Counted from the stretch's first letter, positions 36,915 through 46,142 are shown. The stretch is 64,000 nucleotides of DNA from Vicinamibacteria bacterium (GCA_965199715.1 OZ241322.1:64001-128000), one strand, 5' to 3'. Translations and numbers: made by a program. The notes: generated by a model from the letters alone, not told the origin.

Positions 36915-38765
36915 GTGCGCCGCGACGAGTTCACCGCTTTCCTGCGGGAGCGCCCGCGGGTCGCCGACGGAGCGGTCGGGACCGCGCTCTACCGGGGCGG
37001 CGTGTCGGTGCGGCGCTGCTTCGACGACCTGAACCGGTCCGATCCGGCCCGCGTCCACGCGATCCACGCGGGGCACCTGGCGGCGGGCGCCGAACTGGTC
37101 ACCACGAACACCTTCGGCGCGAACCGCTTCAAGCTCCGCCGGCACGGCCTCGGTTCGGAAGTCGCCGCGATCAACGCCGCCGGGGTCGAGATCGCGCGCC
37201 GCGCGGCCGGCCGCAAGGCGCTCGTCTTCGGCTCGGTCGGCCCCACTGGCGAGAGCGTCGGCCCGTACGCGCCGCAGGCGCTGCGCGACGAGGTCCGCGA
37301 GGCGTTTCGGGAGCAGTGCGCGGCGCTCGCCGAAGCCGGCGTGGACGGGTTCCAGATCGAGACCTTCACGAGCCTCGCCGAGTGCCTTCTCGCGCTCGCC
37401 GCGGCGCGCGAAGCCGCGCCGGACCTCGCCGTCGTCGCGCTCATGACGTTTTCGGAGCAGGGGACCGCGGCCGCCGGCGAGACCCCGAAGGCGGTGACGG
37501 CCGCACTCGAGAGCGCCGGCGCGGACGCGGTCGGCTCCAACTGCGGCCGCGGGCCGGCCACGACCTGCGACGCCCTCGAGGAGATGCGCGGCGCGACCGC
37601 GCTGCCGCTCGCCGCGCAGCCCAACGCGGGCGTTCCGGAGCGGGTGGACGACCGGTTCCTCTATCCGTCCTCGCCGGACTACATGGCGCACTTCGCGAAG
37701 CGCTTCCTGCGGCTCGGGGCGCGGCTCATCGGCGGCTGCTGCGGCACCGGCGAGGAGCACTTGGGCGCGATCGCCGGTGCCGTCCGGGCGCTTTCCGCGT
37801 CGGGCCGGGCGATCCCGGCGGCGGCCGGAGCTGGGTCGCGCCGGGGCGGCGAGGCGAAGGAGCCGGTCCCGAGCCGGGATCGCTCGGGCCTCGGGGCGGC
37901 GCTCGCCGAGGGGCGGTTCGCGGTCTCGGTGGAGTTCGACCCGCCCCGCGGCGCGAACGCGGCGCCGCTCTTGAAGAAGGCGCGGTCGCTCGCCGCCGCC
38001 GGCGTGCGATTCGCGAACGTGGCGGACGGACCCCGCGCCAGCGCCCGGATGAGCGCGATCGCGTTCGCCGCGCTGCTCGAGCGGGAGGGGGCGCTCGAGA
38101 CGATCCTCCACTACCAGTGCCGCGACCGGAACCTGATCGGGATCCAGGCGGATCTGCTCGGGGCGCACGCGCTCGGGCTGCGCAACGTGCTGGCGGTGAC
38201 CGGCGATCCGCCGAAGCTCGGCGACTACCCGCACGCCACCCCGGTCTTCGATCTCGATTCGGTGGGGCTCGTGCGCATCCTCTCGTCGCTCAACCGGGCG
38301 CTCGACCTCGCCGGAAATCCCGTCGGCGCGCCGCTGCCGTTCCTCGCCGGCGTGGGCGCGAACCCGGCGGCGGTGGACCTCGAGGCGGAAGTCGGGAAGT
38401 TCCGCCGCAAGGTGGAGGCGGGAGCGAGCTACGGCCTCACCCAGCCGGTGTACGAGCCGCGGGTCCTCGAGCGCTTCCTCGAGGCGATCCGGGACTCTCG
38501 GGTTCCCATCCTCGTGGGGGTGCTGCCGCTCGTGAGCTCGCGCAACGCCGAGTTCCTCCACAACGAGGTGCCCGGGATGACGGTGCCGCAGCCGGTGCGC
38601 GAGCGCATGGCGCGGGCGCCGGACGCCGAGGCGGCGCGGTCCGTCGGGGTCGAGGTGGCGCGGGAGATGGTGGCCGTCTCGCGCGACCTGGCCGAGGGGG
38701 TGTACGTGATGCCGCCGTTCAACCGGTTCGAGCTGGCGATCCGGGCGGTGCGGGGGTTCGTCTGA
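36915..38765 (+). CDS. yitJ: Bifunctional homocysteine S-methyltransferase/5,10-methylenetetrahydrofolate reductase
   Basis: DGAVGT, NC, PNAG and GGCCGT motifs, then an MTHFR domain (CRDRNLIG, TGDP, TQPVY, NEVPG). Confidence 0.93.
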   Translation: MRRDEFTAFLRERPRVADGAVGTALYRGGVSVRRCFDDLNRSDPARVHAIHAGHLAAGAELVTTNTFGANRFKLRRHGLGSEVAAINAAGVEIARRAAGRKALVFGSVGPTGESVGPYAPQALRDEVREAFREQCAALAEAGVDGFQIETFTSLAECLLALAAAREAAPDLAVVALMTFSEQGTAAAGETPKAVTAALESAGADAVGSNCGRGPATTCDALEEMRGATALPLAAQPNAGVPERVDDRFLYPSSPDYMAHFAKRFLRLGARLIGGCCGTGEEHLGAIAGAVRALSASGRAIPAAAGAGSRRGGEAKEPVPSRDRSGLGAALAEGRFAVSVEFDPPRGANAAPLLKKARSLAAAGVRFANVADGPRASARMSAIAFAALLEREGALETILHYQCRDRNLIGIQADLLGAHALGLRNVLAVTGDPPKLGDYPHATPVFDLDSVGLVRILSSLNRALDLAGNPVGAPLPFLAGVGANPAAVDLEAEVGKFRRKVEAGASYGLTQPVYEPRVLERFLEAIRDSRVPILVGVLPLVSSRNAEFLHNEVPGMTVPQPVRERMARAPDAEAARSVGVEVAREMVAVSRDLAEGVYVMPPFNRFELAIRAVRGFV

Positions 38766-38790
38766 TCGGGAAGGTGGGAGAATGCGGGGC

Positions 38791-39732
38791 ATGAGGCTCG
38801 GCGCCGCCGCGATCCTGCTGGCGCTTCCGGCCGCGGCTCAGGAGATCCCGCGCTTCGAGGCGGGGGTCGATCTCGTCTCGGTGCCGGTCGCGGTCACGGA
38901 TCGCGACGGGGACTTCGTCACCGGACTGACGGCGGCGGATTTCCGCGTCTTCGAGGATGGAGTCGAGCAGGAGATCCTGATCTTCGGCGCCGGGCTCGAC
39001 GAGTCGTGGGTCGAGCTGCCCCCGGAAGCGAAGGAGGACACGCCCGGCCGCAACGTCATCGGCCTGCTCCTCGACTCGTCGGGCAGCATGGAGAAGGACA
39101 TGAGCCTGCTCCACGAGGCGGCGATCAAGTTCCTGACCAACATTCCGCCCGCAGAGCATCTCTTCGTCATCAGCTTCGACGAGAACATCCGGCTTTCCGA
39201 GTATTCGTCGGACGACCAGCGGACCATCGCGAACCGCATCTACGACATCGAGGCCGACGGTTGGACCGCGCTCTACGACTCGGTGGCGACGTTCCTCGAC
39301 CGCGTCTGGGACTACGAGGGACGCAAGACGCTCGCGGTGTTCAGCGACGGAGCCGACTCGCGCTCGGCGCTCAGCTTCGGCGAGGCCATGGACCTCGTCA
39401 AGCTCGGCGACACCACCATCCACACGATCCAGTTCGGCGACCGGGCGCGCGCCCGGGACCTCTTTCACAACTCGCGCTTCCTGCGGGCCATCGCCGAGGA
39501 GACCGGCGGCTCGCACGCGGTGGCGTCCTCGCTCGACCAGATCGACGAGCTCTACGACCGCATCCTCGACGAGCTCCACAGCCAGTACGCCATCGGCTAC
39601 GTGTCCAGCAACCTGAAGCGCGAGGGCCGCTACCGGGACATCGAGGTGCGCGTCGTCGCCGACGGGCTGGACGACCCGAAGGTGCGGGCGCGCCGGGGGT
39701 ACTACGGCCCGATGGACCCGCCGAGCCCCTGA
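38791..39732 (+). CDS. Secreted VWA-domain protein (acidobacterial type)
   Basis: Signal peptide; VDLVSVPVAVTD, DF.VFEDG, DSSGS, TALYD, SDG, ETGG and QYAIGY motifs. Confidence 0.88.
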   Translation: MRLGAAAILLALPAAAQEIPRFEAGVDLVSVPVAVTDRDGDFVTGLTAADFRVFEDGVEQEILIFGAGLDESWVELPPEAKEDTPGRNVIGLLLDSSGSMEKDMSLLHEAAIKFLTNIPPAEHLFVISFDENIRLSEYSSDDQRTIANRIYDIEADGWTALYDSVATFLDRVWDYEGRKTLAVFSDGADSRSALSFGEAMDLVKLGDTTIHTIQFGDRARARDLFHNSRFLRAIAEETGGSHAVASSLDQIDELYDRILDELHSQYAIGYVSSNLKREGRYRDIEVRVVADGLDDPKVRARRGYYGPMDPPSP

Positions 39733-40640
39733 CCGGGCGCCGCGAGCCGGCGAAGCAACTCCCGCACTTCGCCCAGGCGTTCGTGGTCGAGGTTCCAGAG
39801 CGCCTTCTTCGCCGCCACCCCGACGGACGCCTGGGGAGCGGAGGTCGTCGCGAGGAAGGCTCGCGACCGCGCCTTCGCCGTGGGCGCGACGAGCCGTCCA
39901 CTCGGGCGACGCAGTCGAAGAACTCGTCGATGCACGGCGTGATGGGACGTTTTCCTCAAGGCTCTGCAATCGAGGCTCGAGCGCCTTCAGCGAGTGAAGA
40001 AGCAAACCCTCGCGCTTCCGCCTGCGCAGCACGGAGAGCCGATTCGCGTCTTCCGTAGCATTTCGATTGGCCGCCGACAGGAACGCGCCCCGAAACTGCG
40101 TTGCCTCGGGACAGTCCATCGACAGTTTGCCGTCCTTCCCGAATCGCCGGGTCGGCTCCCGTCTGGAATTCTGCTCATGGGACAGCGAAAGGGTTGGCAA
40201 CCGGACGGTCTCGGCTTGCGTCGCGATCGCGGCGGGTGCGCGGTTGCACCCATTGCCATTGGCTTCTGATTGGTCCCCACGGACCGGGACAGCGAGTGAT
40301 CCGTCCTCGCGGTCAACGCGAATGGTCAGCGCCTAGGAACCGTGATCTCGATGCTGGCCGCCAAGCTTGATCGACCGTTTCAGGTCGAGCTGTGAGAAGA
40401 GGGGCTTCCAGATCGTGTTCTGGATCGCATCGGGCGATCCCGCGAAATCCACGACGCCGCGGAATCCGGTAACCCGCATGATCAGCCCGGCGTGTCCAGC
40501 GCCGGCCAACAGGAAGAGCGCTTCGAGCAAGGAGGTCTTCCCGACGCTGTTTCCCCCGGCGAACAGATTGATTGGGCCGAGACGGGAGATGTGGAGATCT
40601 TCCAGCCCCGGAAATTGCGGATTCGCCGTTGCTCGAACAT
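39729..40640 (-). pseudogene. Decayed AAA (ABC-like) ATPase plus DUF3226-like partner, fused by deletion
   Basis: MFEQRRIRNFRG/frameshift/LEDLHISRLGPINLFAGGNSVGKTSLLEAL with a stop at 40333; further fragments ...LKALEPRL and KARSRAFLAT...SVGVAAKKALWNLDH. Confidence 0.7.
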
Positions 40641-40759
40641 GGGTTGCTCCACTCTGACGGGGCCCTGAACGGACGGAACCGCCCGCCCCGGTCCACGTCG
40701 CGTCGAACTGTACGTCGCCCCGACCGATACGCCGCCCAGGTAGCCTACGCTTCCCCGCC

Positions 40760-41782
40760 ATGCAGAAGCTCGCCGCCGCGCTCCTCCTCGGCGCCCTCGC
40801 CGCGCCCGCCGCCGGCCAGCCGGAATTCCACGACGTCCACTTCCATGCGACGGACTACATCCAGCGCCAGATCGATTTACGGGACTTCCTCGGGATGATG
40901 GGCGATCGGGTGGGCCGTTCCACCGTCATGCCCATCCCGCTCCAGCAGAAGTGGGATCCGCACGTCTCGGGGGACCGCGCCCCCGACTACTACCTGCGCA
41001 CCGACGCGCCGCTGTACTACTACTCGTTCGTGGACGCCATGGTCGCCGAGGCGGTGCTCGCGCTCCCCGAAGCGGACCGCGCCCGGCTGGACCCGATGAT
41101 CACCGGCTTCAACCCCACCGACATGTACGCGGCGGACCACATCGAGCGCGCGCTTCGCATGTACCCCGGAGTGTTCAGCGGAATCGGCGAGTTCTCCATC
41201 CACAAGGAAGTCGTGACTCCCAAGACGCTCGGCCACGCGGCGAGCCTCCGCAACCCGGCGCTCGACCGGATCCTCGAGTTCGCCGCCGAGTCCGGCCTGC
41301 TCGCGCTCGTCCACAACGACGCGGACGTCATCCTGCCGCACGCGGACGCCCATCCGGCGCACTTCGACGCCTTCCTCGAGCTCGTCGCCGACCACCCGGA
41401 CGCGACCATTGTTTGGGCGCACTCCGGGCTCGGGCGCTTCGTCGAGCCGACGGACGGATACGTGGACCTGCTGGAGGACGTGCTGGAGGACGACCGCTAC
41501 GCCCATCTGCACCTCGATCTCTCGTGGGACGTCGTCGCGGAGCAGATCGCCGACGACCCGGCGTGGGCCGATCTCGTCGAGCGCTTTCCGACGCGGTTCC
41601 TGCTGGGTTCCGACGCCGTGACTCCCCGGGACGAGGCCGCCTACCTGCGGAACCTGGCCGTCTGGGAGCCGCTCCTCGACCGGCTCGGCGCGGACGCCGG
41701 CGAGGCGCTGCGCCTGCGGAACTACGAGCGCCTCTTCGATGAGGCCCGCCGGCGGGTGCGGGCGTTCGAGGCGTCCCGATAA
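40760..41782 (+). CDS. Secreted amidohydrolase-family metalloenzyme
   Basis: Signal peptide; DVHFH, GIGE, VHND, WAHSG and LGSD motifs. Confidence 0.85.
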   Translation: MQKLAAALLLGALAAPAAGQPEFHDVHFHATDYIQRQIDLRDFLGMMGDRVGRSTVMPIPLQQKWDPHVSGDRAPDYYLRTDAPLYYYSFVDAMVAEAVLALPEADRARLDPMITGFNPTDMYAADHIERALRMYPGVFSGIGEFSIHKEVVTPKTLGHAASLRNPALDRILEFAAESGLLALVHNDADVILPHADAHPAHFDAFLELVADHPDATIVWAHSGLGRFVEPTDGYVDLLEDVLEDDRYAHLHLDLSWDVVAEQIADDPAWADLVERFPTRFLLGSDAVTPRDEAAYLRNLAVWEPLLDRLGADAGEALRLRNYERLFDEARRRVRAFEASR

Positions 41783-41798
41783 GCGGGCCCGGAGTCGG

Positions 41799-42060
41799 TC
41801 AGGGAGCCGTGACGCTGACATTGTCGCTCACGATGTAGGGCCCATTCCTCGCGGCCGTCGAATGGACGCAGGCGTAGTAGTCGTGGTCGATGAAGTTCGG
41901 GGGGGCTCCGGCCGTCCGTCTGCCTGAATCCGGTGGCGTTCCAGGTCGCGCTGAGACCGCCCTTGCCGGCCGCGCCCCAGTTGTCCTCGGTCTTCTTCCC
42001 GGTCGAATGGAGCTCCGCGCGGATCTCCTCGGCTTTCGTCTTGGTCAACGCCGCCGACGC
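41799..42060 (-). pseudogene. Orphan C-terminal fragment paralogous to the FN3 lipoprotein 42416-44287
   Basis: SATWN.../...DYYACVHSTAARNGPYIVSDNVSVTAP* resembles TATWD...TYYVC...WTLSNGVRLPAIPTP*. The 3' flanks are also similar. Confidence 0.5.
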
Positions 42061-42261
42061 GCTGATCGTAAAGTGGACGTCATGTTCCGTAGAGCTCGAC
42101 CCAAGCTGCCCGGAGGAATTCCGAAGCGCGAGGCGGAGCGGCTCGAGAAAGGCTGTCCTGCCGGCGTTGTCGGGGCCGTCCAGGACGGTCATCTCGCCGA
42201 GGTCGCGCGCGACGCGTCGGATGGGCCGAAAGTTCTCGATCTCAATGCGGACGATGCGCAC
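42061..42261 (-). pseudogene. N-terminal remnant of an OLD-family ATP-dependent nuclease
   Basis: MRIVRIEIENFRPI...TVLDGPDNAGRTAFLEPLRLAL: degenerate Walker A (K replaced by R); truncated after about 65 aa. Confidence 0.65.
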
Positions 42262-42357
42262 GCGACGGACAACTCCCTTCGCCGCCGCGGTCGTGATTTC
42301 CTGCGTGGAGCGCAGCGAAAAGGGGGACGGGACATCGCTTCGATCTCGGCGGAAGCG

Positions 42358-42397
42358 AAAAAGGGAGCAGGCCCGCTCCTTGTGGAGCGGGCCTGCT
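42358..42397 (-). terminator. Rho-independent terminator of the FN3 lipoprotein gene
   Basis: Perfect 14-bp stem AGCAGGCCCGCTCC/GGAGCGGGCCTGCT with a 4-nt loop, followed on the minus strand by CCCTTTTT. Confidence 0.85.
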
Positions 42398-42415
42398 GGG
42401 GAGTCGGGAATCAGG

Positions 42416-44287
42416 TCAGGGCGTGGGGATCGCAGGAAGGCGTACGCCGTTGCTCAGCGTCCAAGCATCCAGGTCTTTGTTCTGGACGGGGGCAGCGCAG
42501 ACGTAGTACGTGGCCGCGACAACTCGTCGGGTGACGTCTTGATCCCAGGTGGCCGTTGTCGCGGTCGGAGCAGTGGCGGTCTTCGGCGTCAAGCCATTGC
42601 CACCGCGGCAGGCTTCCAGTGGGTCGGGAGGATTTTCGTCGTCGTCCCTCACGACATACCTGCGAAACGCGTAGTTTGTGATCTCTTCGTCGGCGGCCTT
42701 CGGGAACGCCCAACTGTCGGCCGCGCGGCGGATGGTGAAACGAATGTTGCCGGCGTTGGCCCGGTCCGGGTCGTCGGAGGACTCTGAGACCCACCGGCCT
42801 CCACGGATCGAAACGATCGGCGCGGAAACGGTCTCGACCGGAATGTCAGAGAACTTCCAGTCGGAACGTCCGTTCTCATTCTGCGCTCGGTAACACAGGT
42901 AGTACTCGGAGTGCGGAGTGAGGGCTCCAGTAGTCGTGTACCGGTCAACAGTCGCTCCGCTCAGCGTGTCGGACGTCTGAGCTGCGTCGCACGTACCCTG
43001 ATCGATCTTCCTCGGATCGATGTTGTCCGTCTTGATCGCCATTCGGTCCACGAGATACCGGAACTCGTACTCGATGGCGGCGACGTCGGACATCTCGACG
43101 TCCCAGGAGATGGTGTCGGTAACGCCGTCAGCGTTGATCGAATTCGGCATCCCTCCCGCCAACGTAGTTGGGGCAGGCGCTCCCCACGACCACGAGGGGT
43201 CGCCGAACTGTCGCTCGCCGGAGGAGTCCGTCCAAGTCGCCCGAACGCAAAGGACGCGAGCGTGTCCATCGGGACCGTTGTAGGCCTGCGTGAAGGAGTT
43301 TCCGAAGCCAAGGTCATTGTCTCGCCACTGAATGGATCTGTCGTCGCATGGCGCGTCCAGATCGAGCACTCTCGCGGACAGCTTCGTCTGATAGTCCACG
43401 TCAGCGCCAGCCTGGTCCCAGCGCCACGTCACGTTGTTTGCGTCGCTGCGCCAGGTGACGTTCAGGGCGCCGGAGCCGGTCACCGGGCCGGGCCTGGGGC
43501 CGCCAGAGCCGCTCAGCGTGGTCGCTTCGGCGGTGTCGCTCCACTCGCTCGCGGCCATCGTCTCGTCGTCCTCGTCGGGAACGGCGCGCACTCGGAACTC
43601 ATACTCGGTGTCGGCCTCGAGGCCGGTCACCGTGCATTCCGGATCGTCCACGTCGTCCACGTCGCAGTCCACGTCGTCCCAGTCGCCTGTCCCGATGCGG
43701 GCCTGGACCTCGTAGCTCTCGGCGTCGTCCACGGCGTCCCACGCGAGATCCACGGTGGTCTCTCCCGGGTCGCTGGTCTCGAGGTCGTCGGGCGTGTCGA
43801 GAGCGACCGCCGGAGGCGTGCCCGCGACGCCGCGCACCGACTCCGTCCAGTCGCTGAACTGGGGATCGGCGACGGTTCCCACGAGGGATCGCACCCGGGC
43901 GTGGGCCACGGCGTCCTTGGCGAGGTTGCTCAGCCGGAATTTCGGCACGGTCACGACGGTGAAGTTCTCTCCGCCCACGAACGCCGCGCCGACGCTGTAC
44001 TCGACGAAGTAGCCGCTGACGTCCTTGACCGCGGTCCACGTCCACTCGACGTAGCCGGACCCGGACTGGGCCGCGAGGTCGGTCGGAACGGCGATGGCTT
44101 CGGGCTCGGGCTCGGGCTCGGGCGCCGGTTCGGGAGCCGGAGCTGGAGCGGGGGTCGGAGCTGGAGCGGGGGTCGGAGTGGGCTTGTCGTCCCCGCAGCC
44201 GGCGGTGAGCAGCCCGAGGCCAGCGATCAAGCCGAGCGACAGGACCCAGAAGCGCCAGGAGCGGCGTCCGCGCGTGGAATTCAGCAT
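42416..44287 (-). CDS. Surface lipoprotein with fibronectin type III and divergent Cys-containing beta domains
   Basis: GGAGGA RBS; lipobox LTAGC; Pro-rich linker; FN3 motifs (LAWDAV...Y.V...VTGLEADTEYEFRVRA). Confidence 0.85.
   Translation of the reverse strand: MLNSTRGRRSWRFWVLSLGLIAGLGLLTAGCGDDKPTPTPAPAPTPAPAPAPEPAPEPEPEPEAIAVPTDLAAQSGSGYVEWTWTAVKDVSGYFVEYSVGAAFVGGENFTVVTVPKFRLSNLAKDAVAHARVRSLVGTVADPQFSDWTESVRGVAGTPPAVALDTPDDLETSDPGETTVDLAWDAVDDAESYEVQARIGTGDWDDVDCDVDDVDDPECTVTGLEADTEYEFRVRAVPDEDDETMAASEWSDTAEATTLSGSGGPRPGPVTGSGALNVTWRSDANNVTWRWDQAGADVDYQTKLSARVLDLDAPCDDRSIQWRDNDLGFGNSFTQAYNGPDGHARVLCVRATWTDSSGERQFGDPSWSWGAPAPTTLAGGMPNSINADGVTDTISWDVEMSDVAAIEYEFRYLVDRMAIKTDNIDPRKIDQGTCDAAQTSDTLSGATVDRYTTTGALTPHSEYYLCYRAQNENGRSDWKFSDIPVETVSAPIVSIRGGRWVSESSDDPDRANAGNIRFTIRRAADSWAFPKAADEEITNYAFRRYVVRDDDENPPDPLEACRGGNGLTPKTATAPTATTATWDQDVTRRVVAATYYVCAAPVQNKDLDAWTLSNGVRLPAIPTP
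44071..44180 (-). repeat. Pro-Ala/Pro-Glu low-complexity linker (PTPTPAPAPTPAPAPAPEPAPEPEPEPE)
   Basis: Tandem CTCGGG hexamers and a duplicated 18-mer GGAGCTGGAGCGGGGGTC (in the 44100-44180 part of this span). Confidence 0.75.
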
Positions 44288-44320
44288 GTCAGGTTCCTCC
44301 GATATGCACAACTCGTGGGG

Positions 44321-44341
44321 CAAGTAACGTGCCCAAGTTAC
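44321..44341. promoter_or_regulatory. Putative operator GTAAC-N8-GTTAC upstream of the FN3 lipoprotein
   Basis: Palindrome at 44324-44341, also readable as CAAGT(A/T)AC direct repeats, in an AT-richer intergenic region. Confidence 0.45.
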
Positions 44342-44402
44342 AAGGGCAGCGCAACCATAACAGAAGCGAAACCGGATGAAAAGCGCAACCGGCGCGGCGG
44401 CG

Positions 44403-45020
44403 TCAGGGGAGCCGCCGCGCCGCCAGCGCGACGAGCCCCGCCCCGACGAGGAGCGCGGCGCCGATCCGGTTCGCGGTCCGGCGCGACTCCGGGCTCGCGA
44501 GCCGTCCCCGCAATCCCGAGGCCAGCAGGATCCATCCCACGACCGCGATCCCCCCGAGAACCACGAACGTGGCTTCGAGGATTGCGAACTGTAGCGGCAA
44601 CGGGCGCTCCGGCTCCACGAATTGCGGCAGGACCGCCATGAAGAAGACGATGCTCCTCGGGTTGATCGCGGTCACCACGAACGAGTCGAGGAACATGGCG
44701 CGCCCGGAGCCCGACCGCGCCTCGCCGCTCGCGTCCGGCTCGCTGCGCCAGCGGCGGACGCCGAGGACGATCAGGTACGCGCCGCCCGCCACGGCGAGCG
44801 TCCGGAAGAGCGCGTCCGAGAGATGCAGCGCCGCCGCCACGGCGGCGAGCGAGGCGGTCATCGCCACCACGTCGCCGAGCACCACGCCGGGCACGGTGAA
44901 CCGCCCCGAACTCCGGCCGCTTCCGAGCGCGTAGCCGATCACCACGAGGATCGTCGGGCCGGGGACCATCATGAACGCCGTCGTGGCGGCGACCCACGCG
45001 AACCAGAGTTCGGGGGCCAA
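44403..45020 (-). CDS. LysE/RhtB family translocator
   Basis: PGP motif, GGAYLIVLG and NPR..VFF.AVLPQF. Confidence 0.9.
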   Translation of the reverse strand: MAPELWFAWVAATTAFMMVPGPTILVVIGYALGSGRSSGRFTVPGVVLGDVVAMTASLAAVAAALHLSDALFRTLAVAGGAYLIVLGVRRWRSEPDASGEARSGSGRAMFLDSFVVTAINPRSIVFFMAVLPQFVEPERPLPLQFAILEATFVVLGGIAVVGWILLASGLRGRLASPESRRTANRIGAALLVGAGLVALAARRLP

Positions 45021-45026
45021 GCGCGG

Positions 45027-46142
45027 TCAGGGAGTCGCGGCGGAGAGGCCGAAGACCGCGCCGTCCTGCGTGCCCACGACCAGGAACCCGTCCGTGACCG
45101 CCGGCGACCCCATGATCGCCGCCCCGAGGTGGTGCTCGGCGACCGGCGCGCCGGTCTCGAGGTCGAGCACGTGGAGGCGCCCGTCGGCGTTGCCGACGTA
45201 CGCGCGGTCGCCCGCGATCGCGGGCGAGGAGTCGAACCGCGCGCCGCCGCGGAAGGTCCAGCGGGCCTCCCCCGACGCGCGGTCGAGCGCGTGGACGAGC
45301 TTGTCGCGTCCGGCGACGATCACGAGGTCGCCGCGGACCGCGGCCGAGGCGTAGAACGGGAAGTGGCGCTGCGGATGCTCGTAGGACCACCGCGGCGCCC
45401 CGGCGTCCAGATCCACCGCGAGCACCTGGTTGTCGAACGTTCCGTAGAACGCGATCCCCGACGCGATCGCCGCCGAAGCCGCGGTGTAGCCGCCCGAGTC
45501 GAACCGGAACGCCTCGGCGCCGGTCGATAGCCGCACCCCCCGCAGGAACCCGTCGCAGCCGCTGATGTAGGCGATCCCGTCCCGGATCGCGGCGGTCGCG
45601 TGCACCGGCCCCTCGGTCTCGACCGAAAAGCGCAGCGCCCCGGTCTTCCGGTCGAGTGCGTAGAACTTCTGGTCGTAGCTGCCGATGAGCACGAGATCGC
45701 CCGACACCACCGGCGAGGCCTTGATCTCGGCCCCGGTCGCGAAGGTCCAGCGCGGCTCGCCCGTCTCCGCGTCGAGGGCGTGGACGACGCCGAGGAGGTC
45801 CCCGATATACAGCAGCCCGCCCGCGACCGCGGGGGAGGACTCCCCGAAGAGATCGTCCTCGCCGTCGGGGTCGGCGGACGGTTGGAAGCGCCAGCGCTCG
45901 GCGCCGGTCGCGAGGTCGAGCCGGACCACGACGTCGGGAAGCGCCGAGACATAGACCGCGCCATCGACGACGGCGGGGGAGGACTCGACCGAGAACCCGA
46001 GCGGAGCGGTCCAGCGCACGTCGAGGTCGTCGGGAAGCGCCTCGGCGGCGACCCCGGTGAGGCCGGCGTCGCGGCGGAACTGCGGCCAGTCTCCGGCGGA
46101 GGCGGAGCCGGCGGCGAGGGCGAGGAGGAGGGTCAGGCGCAT
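45027..46142 (-). CDS. Secreted PQQ-like/BamB-like beta-propeller protein 1
   Basis: Signal peptide, DWPQFR, and regular SSPAV...ALD..TG..RW blades. Confidence 0.88.
   Translation of the reverse strand: MRLTLLLALAAGSASAGDWPQFRRDAGLTGVAAEALPDDLDVRWTAPLGFSVESSPAVVDGAVYVSALPDVVVRLDLATGAERWRFQPSADPDGEDDLFGESSPAVAGGLLYIGDLLGVVHALDAETGEPRWTFATGAEIKASPVVSGDLVLIGSYDQKFYALDRKTGALRFSVETEGPVHATAAIRDGIAYISGCDGFLRGVRLSTGAEAFRFDSGGYTAASAAIASGIAFYGTFDNQVLAVDLDAGAPRWSYEHPQRHFPFYASAAVRGDLVIVAGRDKLVHALDRASGEARWTFRGGARFDSSPAIAGDRAYVGNADGRLHVLDLETGAPVAEHHLGAAIMGSPAVTDGFLVVGTQDGAVFGLSAATP

Noticed and set aside
42262-42357. Small hairpins between the OLD remnant and the terminator as a possible ncRNA
   Set aside because: The stems are short and imperfect in GC-rich DNA, and no RNA family is recognisable.
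44100-44180. Tandem repeats as a CRISPR array or phase-variation tract
   Set aside because: They are in-frame 6- and 18-bp units encoding a Pro-rich linker, with no spacers and no frameshifting potential.
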